Below are positions 1 through 11,400 of a stretch of 64,000 nt of DNA, one piece after another; positions within the stretch are counted from its first letter, which is position 1; every line of letters starts with the position of its first letter. Origin of the DNA: Candidatus Krumholzibacteriia bacterium (GTDB lineage Bacteria > Krumholzibacteriota > Krumholzibacteriia > LZORAL124-64-63); assembly GCA_963825035.1 (NCBI GenBank), contig CAWGRT010000015.1, positions 170,456-234,455 on the forward strand, read 5' to 3'. The notes beneath the pieces were generated by a model. The model had not been told where the DNA came from. It ran no database searches and saw nothing but the letters and a program-made list of their open reading frames with translations. A program made the position numbers and the translations under genes.

Positions 1-328
<328 letters not shown>

Positions 329-373
329 CGATCCGTGGCGTGCCACGGGCCTGTCGAAGCGGGTGAGCAAGGG

Positions 374-402
374 GAGGGGCGGTCCCGACAGGGCCGCCCC
401 TC
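374..402. terminator. GC hairpin between convergent pruA and Fic genes
   Basis: gaggggcggtccc-gaca-gggccgcccctc imperfect inverted repeat. Confidence 0.55.
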
Positions 403-421
403 ACTGCGTCCGGGGCGGGGG

Positions 422-1232
422 TCAGCGGGCGGCCACCGCGGCCACCAGGCCCGCGAACGGGCGCGCATCGCCGTCGCGGCAGGCGGCGGCGCAGGCGGCC
501 AGGTAGGTGCCGCGCCGGGTGGCCGGGATCACGAGCCAGCGGTGACCGGCGGCGCTGCGCAGGGTGTTCAGGAGCAGGCGGGCCAGGCGGGCGTTGGCCC
601 CGGGCCAGGGCCGGATCCAGAGCACCGCCAGGTGCAGGAGCAGGGCCCGCACGTCCCAGGCCGGTTCGGCGGCGGCCAGTTCCCACATGCGCGTCACGCA
701 GGTGCGGACCGCGGCGGGCGCCGGGGCGTCGTCCCGGTGGAAGAGGCGAGGGCCGGCGGCCCGCACCGGAGGCACCAGGCCCGCGGCCACCGCGGGTCGC
801 GTCAGGGCGGCGTGCCAGGCCGTTGCCGCCGCGGGCAGCAGGGTCGTCCGCCTCGGCGCCCTGCAGCAGCTGGAGGATGGCCACCCGCGCCTCCACCAGG
901 GCGGCGACCCAACCGTCGAGGGCGGCCAGGGCGGCGGCGTCCACGCCGGCACGGGAATCCTCCGGACGGGGGTCCTTGGGGGCGATGGCCGCGGGCCAGC
1001 CCTGGAGATGCGCTTCGGGGCCGGCTTCGCCCAGGGCGGAGGCCACGGCCCGCACGGGCACGGCGAAGCCGCTCAGGGCGAGGCTGAAGGGCACGTCCAC
1101 CGCCTGGTCCTGGTCCACGGCCCGCAGATGGGCCAGCAGAGGCGGGCGCGCGGTGGCGGCCAGCGGCTGCAGCGAGGGGCGCCAGGCGTCCCAGAGGGCG
1201 GTCAGGCGGTCGACGGGGGCGGGCGCGTTCAT
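422..1232 (-). CDS. Fic-domain protein with degenerate active-site motif; frameshift near 845
   Basis: LHLAVLWIRPWPGANARLARLLLN resembles HPFxDGNGRxxRLLMN, followed by the typical YL.A....GD.RPF tail; the N-terminal part is in ORF 270..1232. Confidence 0.7.
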
Positions 1233-1311
1233 GGCATGGGCGCTCCGAGGGTTCCGGGGACCGTTCGTCCCGGCCGGGCGGTTGCGCCGGAGGGGCCCGG
1301 CAGCGAAAACT

Positions 1312-1399
1312 TGGTGCCGGAGGTGGGACTCGAACCCACACGTTCCAGAGGAACACTGGATTTTGAGTCCAGCGCGTCTACCAGTTTCACCACTCCGGC
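1312..1399 (-). tRNA. tRNA-Leu(CAA)
   Basis: Reverse complement GCCGGAG...CTGGA-CTCAAAA-TCCAG, long variable arm, GGTTCGAGTCCC T-arm, ends CTCCGGC-A-CCA. Confidence 0.97.
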
Positions 1400-1443
1400 A
1401 CCCGCAGGCTTTCCCGACGACGGCGGGAGCTCAGCAGGCGCCG

Positions 1444-1472
1444 ATGTTAGGGGCGCTCCCGGGGAAAGTCAA
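1444..1472 (-). promoter_or_regulatory. sigma70 promoter for tRNA-Leu
   Basis: Minus strand TTGACT-N17-TAACAT. Confidence 0.65.
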
Positions 1473-1485
1473 GGCAGGGAAAAGT

Positions 1486-1513
1486 TTGACACATCCGGCA
1501 GAATTGCTATATT
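1486..1513 (+). promoter_or_regulatory. sigma70 promoter for tRNA-Ala
   Basis: TTGACA-N16-TATATT just upstream of the tRNA. Confidence 0.75.
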
Positions 1514-1529
1514 TCCCGCTCGTTCCGGT

Positions 1530-1605
1530 GGGGCCATAGCTCAGCTGGGAGAGCGCATGACTGGCAGTCATGAGGTCAGGGGTTCGATCCCCCTTGGCTC
1601 CACCA
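1530..1605 (+). tRNA. tRNA-Ala(GGC)
   Basis: GGGGCCATAGCTCAGCTGGGAGAGCG, anticodon arm CATGA-CTGGCAG-TCATG, GGTTCGATCCC, G3:U70 pair, ends CCA. Confidence 0.97.
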
Positions 1606-1617
1606 CCCGCATCGCCT

Positions 1618-1646
1618 AGGCCCGCTTTTCGGCGGGCCTTTGCTTT
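1618..1646 (+). terminator. intrinsic terminator after tRNA-Ala
   Basis: aggcccgc-ttttcg-gcgggcct followed by ttgcttt. Confidence 0.7.
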
Positions 1647-1658
1647 GGGAGGAACCCT

Positions 1659-2365
1659 GTGGCCCGCCGCGGTCCCAAGATCCTGCTGCTGCTGGTCCTG
1701 CTGACGGGCGCCGCCGCCGTGGGTACCCACTGGTCCGCCTTCGAGGGGCACTTCGCCGCCGCCGGCGGCGGCGGTGCGCCCGTCTTCGCGGCGGCCTTCG
1801 TGCTGCTGACCATGGGCTGCTTCCCCGTCTCGGTGCTGGGCATCACCGCCGGCGTCGTGTACGGCCTGGCCGGCGGCCTGGCGGTGGTCCTGCCGGCGGT
1901 GGCGGGCGGCGGGCTGCTGATGTTCGCCCTGGGCCGTTCGATCCTGCGGGAGCCGATCCGGCGCCGGGTGGCGACCCGCCCGCGCTGGCGGGCCCTGGAG
2001 GAGCTGGCCGCGGCCAAGGCGGTGCGGCTGAACATCCTGGCGCGTCTTTCCCCGTTCAATTACGGCTTCGTGTGCTACACTCTGGCCGCCGGACGGAGTT
2101 CCCTGCGGGCCTACGCCCTGGGCCTGCTCGGTGCGGTGCCCAGCCTCGTCGCCCACGTGCTGGTGGGCACACTCCTGCGCTCCGGGGGGGCGGCCCTGCA
2201 CGGGGACCGGGTCTCCACGGTCAAGGTGGCCGCCACGGCGGCGGCGGTGCTGGCGCTGCTGGTGCTGACCTGGCAGATGGGGCGGCTGGCGGTCTCGGCC
2301 TGGCGCGAGGCGGCCGCGGCGGTGGAGCCGGAACGGCGCACGAGAAGGATTCCCGCGACGCATGA
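1659..2365 (+). CDS. VTT/DedA (TVP38/TMEM64) family membrane protein; true 3' end probably near 2365 after a frameshift
   Basis: Hydrophobic helices, AG.VYG...G motif, F.LGR and LARLSPFNY motifs. Confidence 0.8.
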
Positions 2366-2928
2366 GCGACGGCGTCCGCAGCAACATCATCCGGTTCCCG
2401 ACGCCCGTCGGTGGCGATCGCGCCCTGCTGTTGAGGGTCGAGCTGCTGCTGGTGACGCCGGCGGTCTGGCGCCGCCTGCTGGTGCCGGAGCGCGCCACCT
2501 TCTGGGACCTGCACGTGGCCATCCAGGACGCCTTCGGCTGGGGGGACCGGCACCTGCACCAGTTCACCGTCGACGATCCCCACGGCGGCCCCACGCGGCG
2601 CTTCGGCATCCCCGACGACAGCGGCATCAACCGCGCCGAGGACGTCCTCGCGGATTGGGAACACCGGCCCGCGCGCTACCTGCGCCGGGACGCGCCCGAG
2701 GCGCTCTACGTGTACGACTTCGCCGAGGAGTGGCAGCACGCGGTGGAACTGGAGGACGTGATCACCGGCGAGGATCTCCTGGCGCTGCCCCGCTGCCTGG
2801 ACGGGGCCGGTCGCACACCCCGCGAGGACGGGGGGCGCGTGGCCGGGCAGGACAAGGACTTCGCGCCGGACGGCATCGAATTCTCGGACCCGCGCCGGCG
2901 CTGGCTGCGGACGTTCGGGCATGACTGA
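2362..2928 (+). CDS. plasmid pRiA4b ORF-3 family protein
   Basis: P.VWRRLLVP...TFWDLHVAIQDAFGW.D.HLHQF...YVYDF...W.H...PRCLDG...P.ED.GG. Confidence 0.85.
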   Translation: MSDGVRSNIIRFPTPVGGDRALLLRVELLLVTPAVWRRLLVPERATFWDLHVAIQDAFGWGDRHLHQFTVDDPHGGPTRRFGIPDDSGINRAEDVLADWEHRPARYLRRDAPEALYVYDFAEEWQHAVELEDVITGEDLLALPRCLDGAGRTPREDGGRVAGQDKDFAPDGIEFSDPRRRWLRTFGHD

Positions 2929-4141
2929 GCTGGTCGTCATCCTGGGTGCCGCCGCGGCTGCGCTGGCGGTGGCGACGGCCTCCGGCGTCCGGCGCCTGCG
3001 GGCGCGCCAGGCCGATCTGGACCGGCGGACCGCCGAGAACGAGGCGCTGACGGCGGAGATGCGCCGGATCGAGGTGAGCCTGGCGCGGGGCATCACGGCG
3101 GAGGAGGAGCGCGACCGCCTCTTCAACCTCTCCATCGACATGCTGGCCGTGGGCGGCTTCGACGGTTTCCTCGAGCAGATCAACCCGGCCTGGGTGCGGG
3201 TGCTGGGCTGGTCGCGCGACGACCTCATGGGTCGGCCCATCGTCGACTTCGTGCACCCGGAGGACCGCCCGGCCGCCGCCGAGGCGTTCCGCCGCCTGGC
3301 GGACGGCGAGCCCGTGGACGGCCTGGAGAGCCGGGTCGAGTGCCGCGACGGCTCCCACCGCTGGCTCTCCTGGAACTCGTTCCCGTATGCGGGGCGGCAG
3401 CGCATCTTCTCGGTGGTGAGGGACATCACCGCCAACAAGCGCGCCGAGCAGCTCCTGCTGGAGAACCAGGATCGCCTGCGGGCCCTGAGCAACCAGCTCT
3501 CCCTGGTGGAGGACCGGGAACGGCGGCACCTGGCGGAGGCGCTGCACGACGGCCTGGCCCAGCAGCTCTTCGGCCTGCGGGCCCAGGTGACCCTGCTCAA
3601 GTACCCGGAGAAGCTGCCCGACCAGCGGGCGGTGGTGCAGCAGATCATCGAGGTGCTGGACGAGACCATGACCCAGGCCCGCTCCCTGACCTTCGAGCTG
3701 TTCCCGCCGGTGCTCTACGAGGTGGGGCTCGCCGGAGCGCTCGAGTGGCTGGGCCGGCAGTTCGAGCAACGCACCGGCATCGCCTGCGAGGTGGACACGG
3801 CCGAGGGCGAGCCCGACCTGCCCGAGGACCTGCGCATGATGGCCTACCAGTCGGTGCGCGAGCTGCTGAACAACGTGCGCAAGCACGCCGGCGCCAAGGC
3901 GGCGGTGATCAGCATGGAGGCGGACGACGAAGCCCTGCGCCTCACGGTCCGGGACGACGGCCAGGGCTTCGACCCGGCGTCGGCCGAGGACACGGTGCCC
4001 TCGGCGGAGGGCGGCGGCTTCGGCCTGTTCAGCATGCGCGAGCGGCTGCTCTCGGTGGGCGGCAGCCTGGCCCTGGCATCCGGTCCTGGACAGGGGTGCC
4101 GGGTGGATCTTACCTTCCCCGCGCCTCCGGCCGCATCGTAA
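2921..4141 (+). CDS. PAS sensor histidine kinase (HisKA_3, NarX/UhpB type)
   Basis: N-terminal TM, PAS (FVHPEDR), ERRHLAEALHDGLAQQL, ELLNNVRKHA, DDGQGF, GFGLFSMRER. Confidence 0.9.
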   Translation: MTELVVILGAAAAALAVATASGVRRLRARQADLDRRTAENEALTAEMRRIEVSLARGITAEEERDRLFNLSIDMLAVGGFDGFLEQINPAWVRVLGWSRDDLMGRPIVDFVHPEDRPAAAEAFRRLADGEPVDGLESRVECRDGSHRWLSWNSFPYAGRQRIFSVVRDITANKRAEQLLLENQDRLRALSNQLSLVEDRERRHLAEALHDGLAQQLFGLRAQVTLLKYPEKLPDQRAVVQQIIEVLDETMTQARSLTFELFPPVLYEVGLAGALEWLGRQFEQRTGIACEVDTAEGEPDLPEDLRMMAYQSVRELLNNVRKHAGAKAAVISMEADDEALRLTVRDDGQGFDPASAEDTVPSAEGGGFGLFSMRERLLSVGGSLALASGPGQGCRVDLTFPAPPAAS

Positions 4142-4165
4142 GACCCGAAACGCGAGGATTCGCCG

Positions 4166-5050
4166 ATGCCGGGCGAGCTCTACGCCTTGACCTGCGCCGT
4201 CGTCTGGGCCCTGGCCGTGGTCTTCTTCCGGCGTTCGGGGGAGACGGTCCCGCCCCTGGCCATGAACCTGTTCCGGGTGGCGCTGTCCAGCGGTCTCTTC
4301 CTGGTGACCCTCGCCCTGCGGCGGCAGCCCCTGCTGGGGGTGGCGCCCGCGGCGGACTACGTGCGGCTGGCCGCCAGCGGGATCATCGCCATCGCCGTGG
4401 CGGACACCCTGTTCCACGCCTGCCTGAACCGGGTCGGGGCGGGGATCAACGCCATCATCGACACCCTCTACGCGCCCTTCGCCCTGCTCTTCGCCCTGCT
4501 GATGCTGGGCGAGACGGTGGGGCCGTGGCAGCTGGGAGGCATGGCCCTGATCATCGGCGGCGTGCTGACCGCGACCCGGGTCGAGGCGCCGCGGGGGACC
4601 ACCCGGAGCACCCTGCTCGCCGGCATCCTGCTGGGCGTGGGTTCCATGGCGGCCCTGACCTTCGGCATCGTGCTGGCCAAGCCCGCCCTGGAGCACAACG
4701 ACGTCCTGTGGGCCACCACCGTGCGGCAGCTGGCGTCCCTGGCGGTGCTGCTGCCGGCGGCGCTCATCCACCCGGAACGCCGGCGCTACGTGCGCGCCCT
4801 GCGGCCCCAGGCCTCCTGGCGGTTCACGGTGCCCGGGACGGTCCTGGGCTCGTACGTGTCGCTGCTCTTCTGGATCGCGGGCATGAAGTACGCCGCCGTC
4901 GGCACCGCCGCGGTGCTGAACCAGACCAGCACCATCTACATCCTGGTCTTCGCCAGCCTCTTTTTGGGGGAACGGTTCACGCGCCGGAAGGCCCTGGCCG
5001 CAGCGCTGGCCCTGGGCGGCGTCCTCCTGGTGATGCGTCCGTGGGAGTAG
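4166..5050 (+). CDS. DMT/EamA family transporter
   Basis: 294 aa, about 10 TM helices in two EamA repeats (LGETVG, FLGERF). Confidence 0.9.
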   Translation: MPGELYALTCAVVWALAVVFFRRSGETVPPLAMNLFRVALSSGLFLVTLALRRQPLLGVAPAADYVRLAASGIIAIAVADTLFHACLNRVGAGINAIIDTLYAPFALLFALLMLGETVGPWQLGGMALIIGGVLTATRVEAPRGTTRSTLLAGILLGVGSMAALTFGIVLAKPALEHNDVLWATTVRQLASLAVLLPAALIHPERRRYVRALRPQASWRFTVPGTVLGSYVSLLFWIAGMKYAAVGTAAVLNQTSTIYILVFASLFLGERFTRRKALAAALALGGVLLVMRPWE

Positions 5051-5090
5051 AAAGCCCCCATACTTTTTTTTGGGAATTAATGAAACACAT

Positions 5091-5100
5091 GTTATATAAC
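5091..5100. promoter_or_regulatory. palindrome overlapping a -10-like element, candidate TetR operator
   Basis: Perfect GTTATATAAC palindrome in an AT-rich island upstream of tetR and the efflux operon. Confidence 0.5.
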
Positions 5101-5143
5101 GACCGTAATGCGGCGATGAGTGCCGTTCACATGGGGGGCTGAA

Positions 5144-5791
5144 TTGCGGAAACCTGTTTTCACTAAAGAAGATGTGGTTGCAGCGGGTCTGGCGGTGGTC
5201 CGGCGCGACGGCCTGGACCAGCTGTCGGCGCGCAAGGTGGCCGAGGGCCTGGGGGCCTCCACGGCCCCGGTCTACAGCAACTTCGCCACCATGGAGGCGC
5301 TGGCGGTGGCCGTCAAGCAGGCCGCCGTGGCCGAGCTGGTGGCGATGACGCGCCGGGACCACACGGGCGACGCCTTCCTGGACATGGGCGTCGGCGTGCT
5401 GAAGTTCGTCTGGGCCTGGCCTCGGCTCTACGCGGCCCTCTTCCTGGTCCCGCCGACGGACTACGACCCCGGCGGCGACCTCATGGACAAGCTGACGATG
5501 ACCATGGCCGAGCTGCCGGAACTGGAGCCGCTGCCCCTGCTGGAACGCATCCTGGTCCTGAAGAAGCTGGCCCTCTTCACCCACGGGCTGGCCACCGAGA
5601 TCTGCCACGACTGCCCGGCGGACTGCACCCTGGAGCACATGGTGCTGCTCCTGCGCGAGGTGGGGCGCGCGGTGGTCGCGGACGCCCGGGCCGGGCACCC
5701 GCGCACGACCGGGGACGCGGCGCTGGTGGCGGGCATCTGCGAGGACGTGGCCGCCGGGGGCGGCGCAAGCGCAAAGGACGACCAACCATGA
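5144..5791 (+). CDS. TetR/AcrR family regulator (probable TTG start)
   Basis: N-terminal HTH: TKEDVVAAGLAVVRRDGLDQLSARKVAEGLGASTAPVYSNFAT. Confidence 0.9.
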   Translation: MRKPVFTKEDVVAAGLAVVRRDGLDQLSARKVAEGLGASTAPVYSNFATMEALAVAVKQAAVAELVAMTRRDHTGDAFLDMGVGVLKFVWAWPRLYAALFLVPPTDYDPGGDLMDKLTMTMAELPELEPLPLLERILVLKKLALFTHGLATEICHDCPADCTLEHMVLLLREVGRAVVADARAGHPRTTGDAALVAGICEDVAAGGGASAKDDQP

Positions 5792-7335
5792 CCTGCACAC
5801 GATGCAGCGCGGTCCTGCTGGGGCTGGCGCTGGCGACGACCGGCCCGACCGCGGCGGCGTCCGTGGCCGCGGCCGACAGCGCGGGGCCCATGCCGGCCTT
5901 CACCGCGGCGGAACCCCTGGGCGCGGAAATCGAAGTCCGGACGGGCGCGCCTGCCGCGGTGGACCTGGCGGCCTGCGTCGAGGCGGTCCTCGGGGCGAAC
6001 GACCAGCTGCGGGCCCAGCGCCTGAAGCGGGGTGAGTTGGAGGGCCAGATGGACCAGGCCCTGTCCAACGGCCTGCCCAGCCTGGACCTGACCGGGTCGT
6101 GGACCCGCGGCCGCGACCCCAGCTTCGCCCTGGACGAGACCTTCGGCGGCGGCGGGGGCGGCGGCGGGCTCTTCCCGCCGGCGCCCGCGGGTTCGGATCC
6201 GGGTTTCAGCCAGTGGGTGGATCAGTTGAACGAGGGCTTCGGTTCGTTCATCCCGGCGCCCGACGCCATCCCGGCCCAGTCCTTCGTCAACGCGGGGCTG
6301 ACGGCCACCTGGGAGCTCAATCCGGTGAAGATCCTGGGCGCGGTGGGCGCCGCCCGACTGGGCATCGAGCAGCAGGACCTGCAGCTCAGCTCCACGGAGC
6401 ACACCACGGTCGAAGCCACGGTGACGGCCTACTACGCCATCATCCGCGCGGCGGAGAACGTGCAGGCGGTGCGGGCGCAGCTGGCGAACCAGCAGGAGCT
6501 GCTGGACATCACGTCCATGCGCTACGACCTGGGCCTGGCGACCCGGCTGGATTCGCTGCAGGCGGCGGTGACCGTGGCCAACACCCGGCCCCAGCTGGTG
6601 GTGGCCGAGGCCCGGTTGCGAAACGCGGGCAGCCGGCTGAACGCCCTGATGGGCCGGTCGCCCCAGGCGCCGCTGCGCATCGTCAACGACCAGCTCCTGG
6701 AACTGGATCCCCTGGATGACGCGGGCGCCATGGCCCTGGCCCAGGTTCGGCCCGAACTGGCGGCCACGACGCTGTTCGTGGACATCCTGCGCCGCAACCG
6801 GCAGGTGCAGGTGGCCGGCCGCCGGCCCTACCTGACCCTGAGCGGTTCCTACGGCTACGTCGGTCACACCTTCGCCTCGGTCTTCGACGACGGCCACGAC
6901 TCGTGGCGGGCCACCGCCGCGGTCACGCTGCCCGTATTCGACGGCCTCCTGACCAAGGGCCTGGTGGGCGAGACCGACGCCCGCATCCGGCGCACCGAAG
7001 CGGAGCTGGACGGCCGCCGACGCGACGTGCAGGTGGAGGTGCTGGACCTGCTGGCCAACCTGCGCCTGGCCCGGAAACTCCTGGACGCTGTGCAGCTGAA
7101 CCTGCGGCAGGCCGAGGACGTGCTGGAGGAGAGCCTCATGATGCTGCAGCTGGGCAAGACCAACTACCTGGACGTCCTGGTGGCCGAGGCGAACCGTGCC
7201 CAGGCCCGCAGCAGCGTCATCGAGGCGCGCTACACGGTGTTGACCCTGACCGCGTCCCTGAAGCGCGCGGTCGGCTATTCCCCCATGGTGCCCCTGCGGG
7301 AGATCCCCGGCCTGGTGGCGGAGGTGGAGCGATGA
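5788..7335 (+). CDS. TolC family outer-membrane efflux protein
   Basis: Signal peptide, two OEP repeats (P.LDLTGS, RYDLGLAT.LD, LPVFDG, GKTNYLDVL). Confidence 0.9.
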   Translation: MTCTRCSAVLLGLALATTGPTAAASVAAADSAGPMPAFTAAEPLGAEIEVRTGAPAAVDLAACVEAVLGANDQLRAQRLKRGELEGQMDQALSNGLPSLDLTGSWTRGRDPSFALDETFGGGGGGGGLFPPAPAGSDPGFSQWVDQLNEGFGSFIPAPDAIPAQSFVNAGLTATWELNPVKILGAVGAARLGIEQQDLQLSSTEHTTVEATVTAYYAIIRAAENVQAVRAQLANQQELLDITSMRYDLGLATRLDSLQAAVTVANTRPQLVVAEARLRNAGSRLNALMGRSPQAPLRIVNDQLLELDPLDDAGAMALAQVRPELAATTLFVDILRRNRQVQVAGRRPYLTLSGSYGYVGHTFASVFDDGHDSWRATAAVTLPVFDGLLTKGLVGETDARIRRTEAELDGRRRDVQVEVLDLLANLRLARKLLDAVQLNLRQAEDVLEESLMMLQLGKTNYLDVLVAEANRAQARSSVIEARYTVLTLTASLKRAVGYSPMVPLREIPGLVAEVER

Positions 7336-8474
7336 AGCGGCGATGGATCACGACGGCGGCCTTGGCCCTGGCGGCGGCCGGCTGTGCGCCCGGGACTCCG
7401 GCGGACCAGGGGGCGGAAGTGCCCCGCAACGTGCGCGTGGTGGACGTGGCCCGGGCCGATCTGACCGAGTACTACGAGGTCTCCGGGCCGGTGGTGCCCG
7501 TGCGTGCGGCGGACCTCAGCGCCCAGGAGAGCGGTCCGGTGGTGGCGATCGTGGCCGGCAAGGGGGAGGCGGTGCCCGCCGGCGGCACCATCGTCGAGCA
7601 GGAGCGGGACATCCTGGCGGCCGACCTGGCGGCGGCGCGCGCCGACCGGGCGACCCAGGAGTTCAACCTGGACAAGGTGCGCAAGCTCCACGAGCCGCGG
7701 GCAAGGTCAGCCGCCTGGAACTGTTGACGGCCGAGTCGCGCACCGCCGACGCGCGTTCCCGCGCCGCGGTCGCCCGGGTCCGCTACGAACGGGCCGCGGT
7801 CAAGGCCCCCTTCGCGGGCCTGCTGGTGGAACGCAAGTGGAACTGGGCGAGCTGCTGGTGCCGGGCATGCCGGTGGCGCGGGTCATCGATCCGTACACCC
7901 TGAAGCTCGAGGCCTACCCTCACCGACGGCCAGGTGTCCTGGGTCCGGGCGGGCGAGGTGGCCGAGGTGCTGCTGGGCGAGTCGGCCGAGCCCGCGAACG
8001 GCACCGTCACCTTCGTCTCGCCCGAGGCCGACCGGGCCACGGGCAAGTTCGCGGTGGAGATCGAGATCCCCAACCCGGAGCTGCGCTGGAACAGCGGGGT
8101 GATCGGCCGCGCCCGCCTGCCCAAGCACGTGACCGCCGACGCGGTGATCGTCCCGCGCGACGCGGTGCTGCCCGGGCGCGGACGGCGCCGACGTCTTCGT
8201 GGTCGAGGGCGATCGCGCCCGGCGGCGCCCGGTGGAACTGGGACCCTACCAGGGCCTCATGGTGGTGATCGTCGACGGCCTGCAGCCGGGCGACCGGCTG
8301 GTGGTGCGGGGCCAGCGCGATCTGCGCGACGGCAGCCTGGTGAACGTCACCGAGACGGCCACGGCCGCCGACGGTTCCCTGCCCGGCGACCCGGCGACGG
8401 TCTCCGCGGCCGCGGCGGCGCCCCGCGTCGGCGCGCCGGAGGCGGCCGGCGGCGCGGCGGAGGCGTCCCGATGA
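7332..8474 (+). CDS. RND periplasmic adaptor (MFP) lipoprotein; several frameshifts
   Basis: Lipobox AAAGC, LSAQESGPVV, VKAPFAG, G.VTFVSPEAD.ATGKF, GLQPGDRLVVRGQ. Confidence 0.85.
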
Positions 8475-11400
8475 AGCTGACCCGTGGGGCCATCCGCCGC
8501 TATCCCATGATCTTCGCCTTCATGGTGATCATCACCGTGATGGGCGTGTCGCTCGTACCTGAAGCTGCCGCGCGAATCGTCGCCGGACGTGAAGATCCCC
8601 TTCGTGATGGTGATGGCGCCCTACGCGGGCACCAGCCCCGAGGACATGGAGAACCTGGTCACCCGCAAGCTGGAGAAGGAGCTCAAGGGGCTCGAGGACC
8701 TGAAGGAGATGACCAGCAGCTCCGCCTACGGCATGACCGTCCATCACCCTGGAGTTCGAGTCCAAGGTGGACATGAGCGACGCCCTGCAGTCGGTGCGTG
8801 ACCGGGTGGAGCTGGCCAAGCCCGACCTGCCCGTGGACCCGCGCAACGATCTGATCGTGCAGGAGGTCTCGGCCGCCGACGCCTTCCCCGTGATGCAGAT
8901 CAACCTGGCCGGGGACATCGATCTCTCCGTGCTCAAGAAGATGGGCGAGGACCTGCAGGAGGAGCTGGAGAAGATCAAGGGCGTGCTGGACATCGACCTG
9001 GTGGGCGGCATCGAGAACGAGGTCCAGGTGGACGTGGACCCGGAGAAGCTGGCCTACTACGACCTGGCGCTGCAGGACGTCCAGGACGCCGTGGCCCTGC
9101 AGAACATCACCATCCCCGGCGGCAAGCTGCCGCTGGGCGTGTACGACTACCAGGTGCGCGTGCCGGGCGAGGTCGAGGATCCCGAGGAGATGCTGGGCTT
9201 CGTGCTCAACCCCGGCTCGACCCGGACCCGGTCTACCTGCGGGACGTGGCCACCGTCGCCTTCGGCATCAAGGACCGCGAGACCATCAGCCGCGTCAACG
9301 GCAAGGACGCGGTCACCCTGGTGGTCAAGAAGCGGAGCGGCGAGAACATCATCGACATCGCCGACCAGGTGCGGGCCACCGTGGAGCGCCTGCGGCCCAC
9401 CTTCCCGCCCCAGACCGAGGTCAGCGTCGTCGCCGACCAGTCGGTGCAGATCGAGAACATGGTGGGCGAGCTGGAGAACAACATCCTCAGCGGCCTGCGT
9501 CCTGGTGATCGTGGTGCTGCTGGCCTTCTTCGGTTTCCGCAACGCGGTGTTCGTGGGCACGGCCATCCCGTTCTCCATGCTGATCACCTTCATCGTGCTG
9601 GGGGCCGCTGGGCATCACCCTGAACATGGTGGTGCTGTTCAGCCTGATCCTCGCCCTGGGCATGCTGGTGGACAACGCCATCGTGATCGTGGAGAACATC
9701 TACCGCCACCGCGGCAAGGGGCATGGACGCGGTGGAGGCCGCCGACGTGGGCACCGGTCAGGTGGCCGGGCGCGGTGATCGCCTCGACCCTGACCACGGT
9801 CTGCGCCTTCGGGCCGATCGTGTTCTGGCCGGGGATCATGGGCGAGTTCATGAAGTACCTGCCCATCACCGTGATCATCACCCTGAGCGCCTCGCTGCTG
9901 GTGGCCCTGGTCTTCAATCCGGTGCTCTGCGCGCGGTTCATGGCGCCGCCGGGCGAGGTGAGGGGCGCCCAGAAGCTGGGCGACCGGCTGATCGAGCTCG
10001 GGCTGCGCACCTACCGGCCGACGCTGGAGTGGGCCCTGCGCCACCGCTTCCCGGTCCTGGTGCTGGGCGTCAACCTGCTGCTGGTGCGTCGGTGTTCGCC
10101 TCTACGTCGTCTTCAACGCGGGCGTCGAGCTGTTCCCGGACGTGGAGCCCCAGTTCGCCACGGTGAACATCGACGCGCCCAGCGGGACGCGCATCGAGCA
10201 GACCGACAGCCTACGCCGCGGCAGATCGAGAAGGAGGTGGCGGCCATCGGCCGCGACCTGAAGGCCTACGCCACGGCGGTCGGCGTGCCCATCGACGCCC
10301 AGGGCGGCGGCGGCACCGCTGCCCAGCCACCAGGGCCAGATCACCATGGAGTTCGTGGACAAGGAGGACCGCGCCCGGGCTCGTCCCGCGACGAGCTGGA
10401 GGAGCTGCGCGGCCGCCTGGCGGGACTTCACCGGCGCGCGCCTGACCGTCGAGAAGATGGAGGAGGGCCCGCCGACCGGGCAAGCCGGTGAACATCGAGA
10501 TCTCCGGCGACGACTTCGACGTGCTGGGCGAGCTGGCGGCGCGGGTCACGCGAGGAGATCCGGCGCCATCCCGGGCCTGGTGGACATCACCGACAACTAC
10601 GACCACGCCCTGCCCGAGCTGACGGTGCTGCCGGACGTGGAGAAGGCGGGCCGCTACGGCCTGCGCACCTCGGACATCGCCGGCACCGTGCGCACGGCGC
10701 TGCACGGCAGCGAGACCGCCAAGTACCGGGTGGGCGAGGACGAGTACGACATCGTCGTGCGCTACCGCAAGACCGTTCCGGGGCAAGGTGGAGGACCTGG
10801 AGAACGCGACGGTCTTCTACGAGGGGCAAGACGATGCCCCTGTCGGCGTTCGCCGACCACCGAGTTCAACACGGGCCTGGCGGCGGTGCACCGCATCGAC
10901 GCCCAGCGCGTGGTCACGGTCAGCGGCGAGAACGCCGCGGGCTACAACGCCAACGCCCTGCTGGCCGAGGTGCAGCGCAAGCTGGCCGGCATGGCCATGC
11001 CGCCGGGCTACACCCTGACCTTCACCGGCGAGAGCGAGGACCAGGAGGAAGCCACCGACTTCCTGGAGGACGCCTTCGCCGTGGCCATCATGCTCATCTT
11101 CGTGGTGCTGGTCAGCCAGTTCAGCTCGGTCACGGTGCCGCTGATCATCCTCTCGAGCGTGGTGCTCTCGCTGATCGGCGTGCTCACCGGCCTGATGGTC
11201 ACCCACACCTCCTTCGGCATCATCATGACCGGCGTGGGGGTGATCTCCCTGGCGGGCATCGTCGTCAACAACGCCATCGTGCTCCTGGACTACATCATCC
11301 AGCTGCGGGCACGGGGGCTGGACAAGCACGAGGCCATCGTCCGCGCGGGCCTGACCCGCTTCCGCCCGGTGATCCTCACGGCGGTCACCACCATCCTGGG

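Noticed and set aside
1312-2928. tRNA-anchored genomic island or plasmid (pRiA4b ORF-3 gene nearby)
   Set aside because: No integrase, att duplication, transposase or GC shift was seen, and this family is often chromosomal.
2762-5800. Very long antisense ORFs (for example 2762..5800, 12358..15240, 43425..46043)
   Set aside because: These are shadow ORFs of high-GC coding strands with no recognisable motifs.
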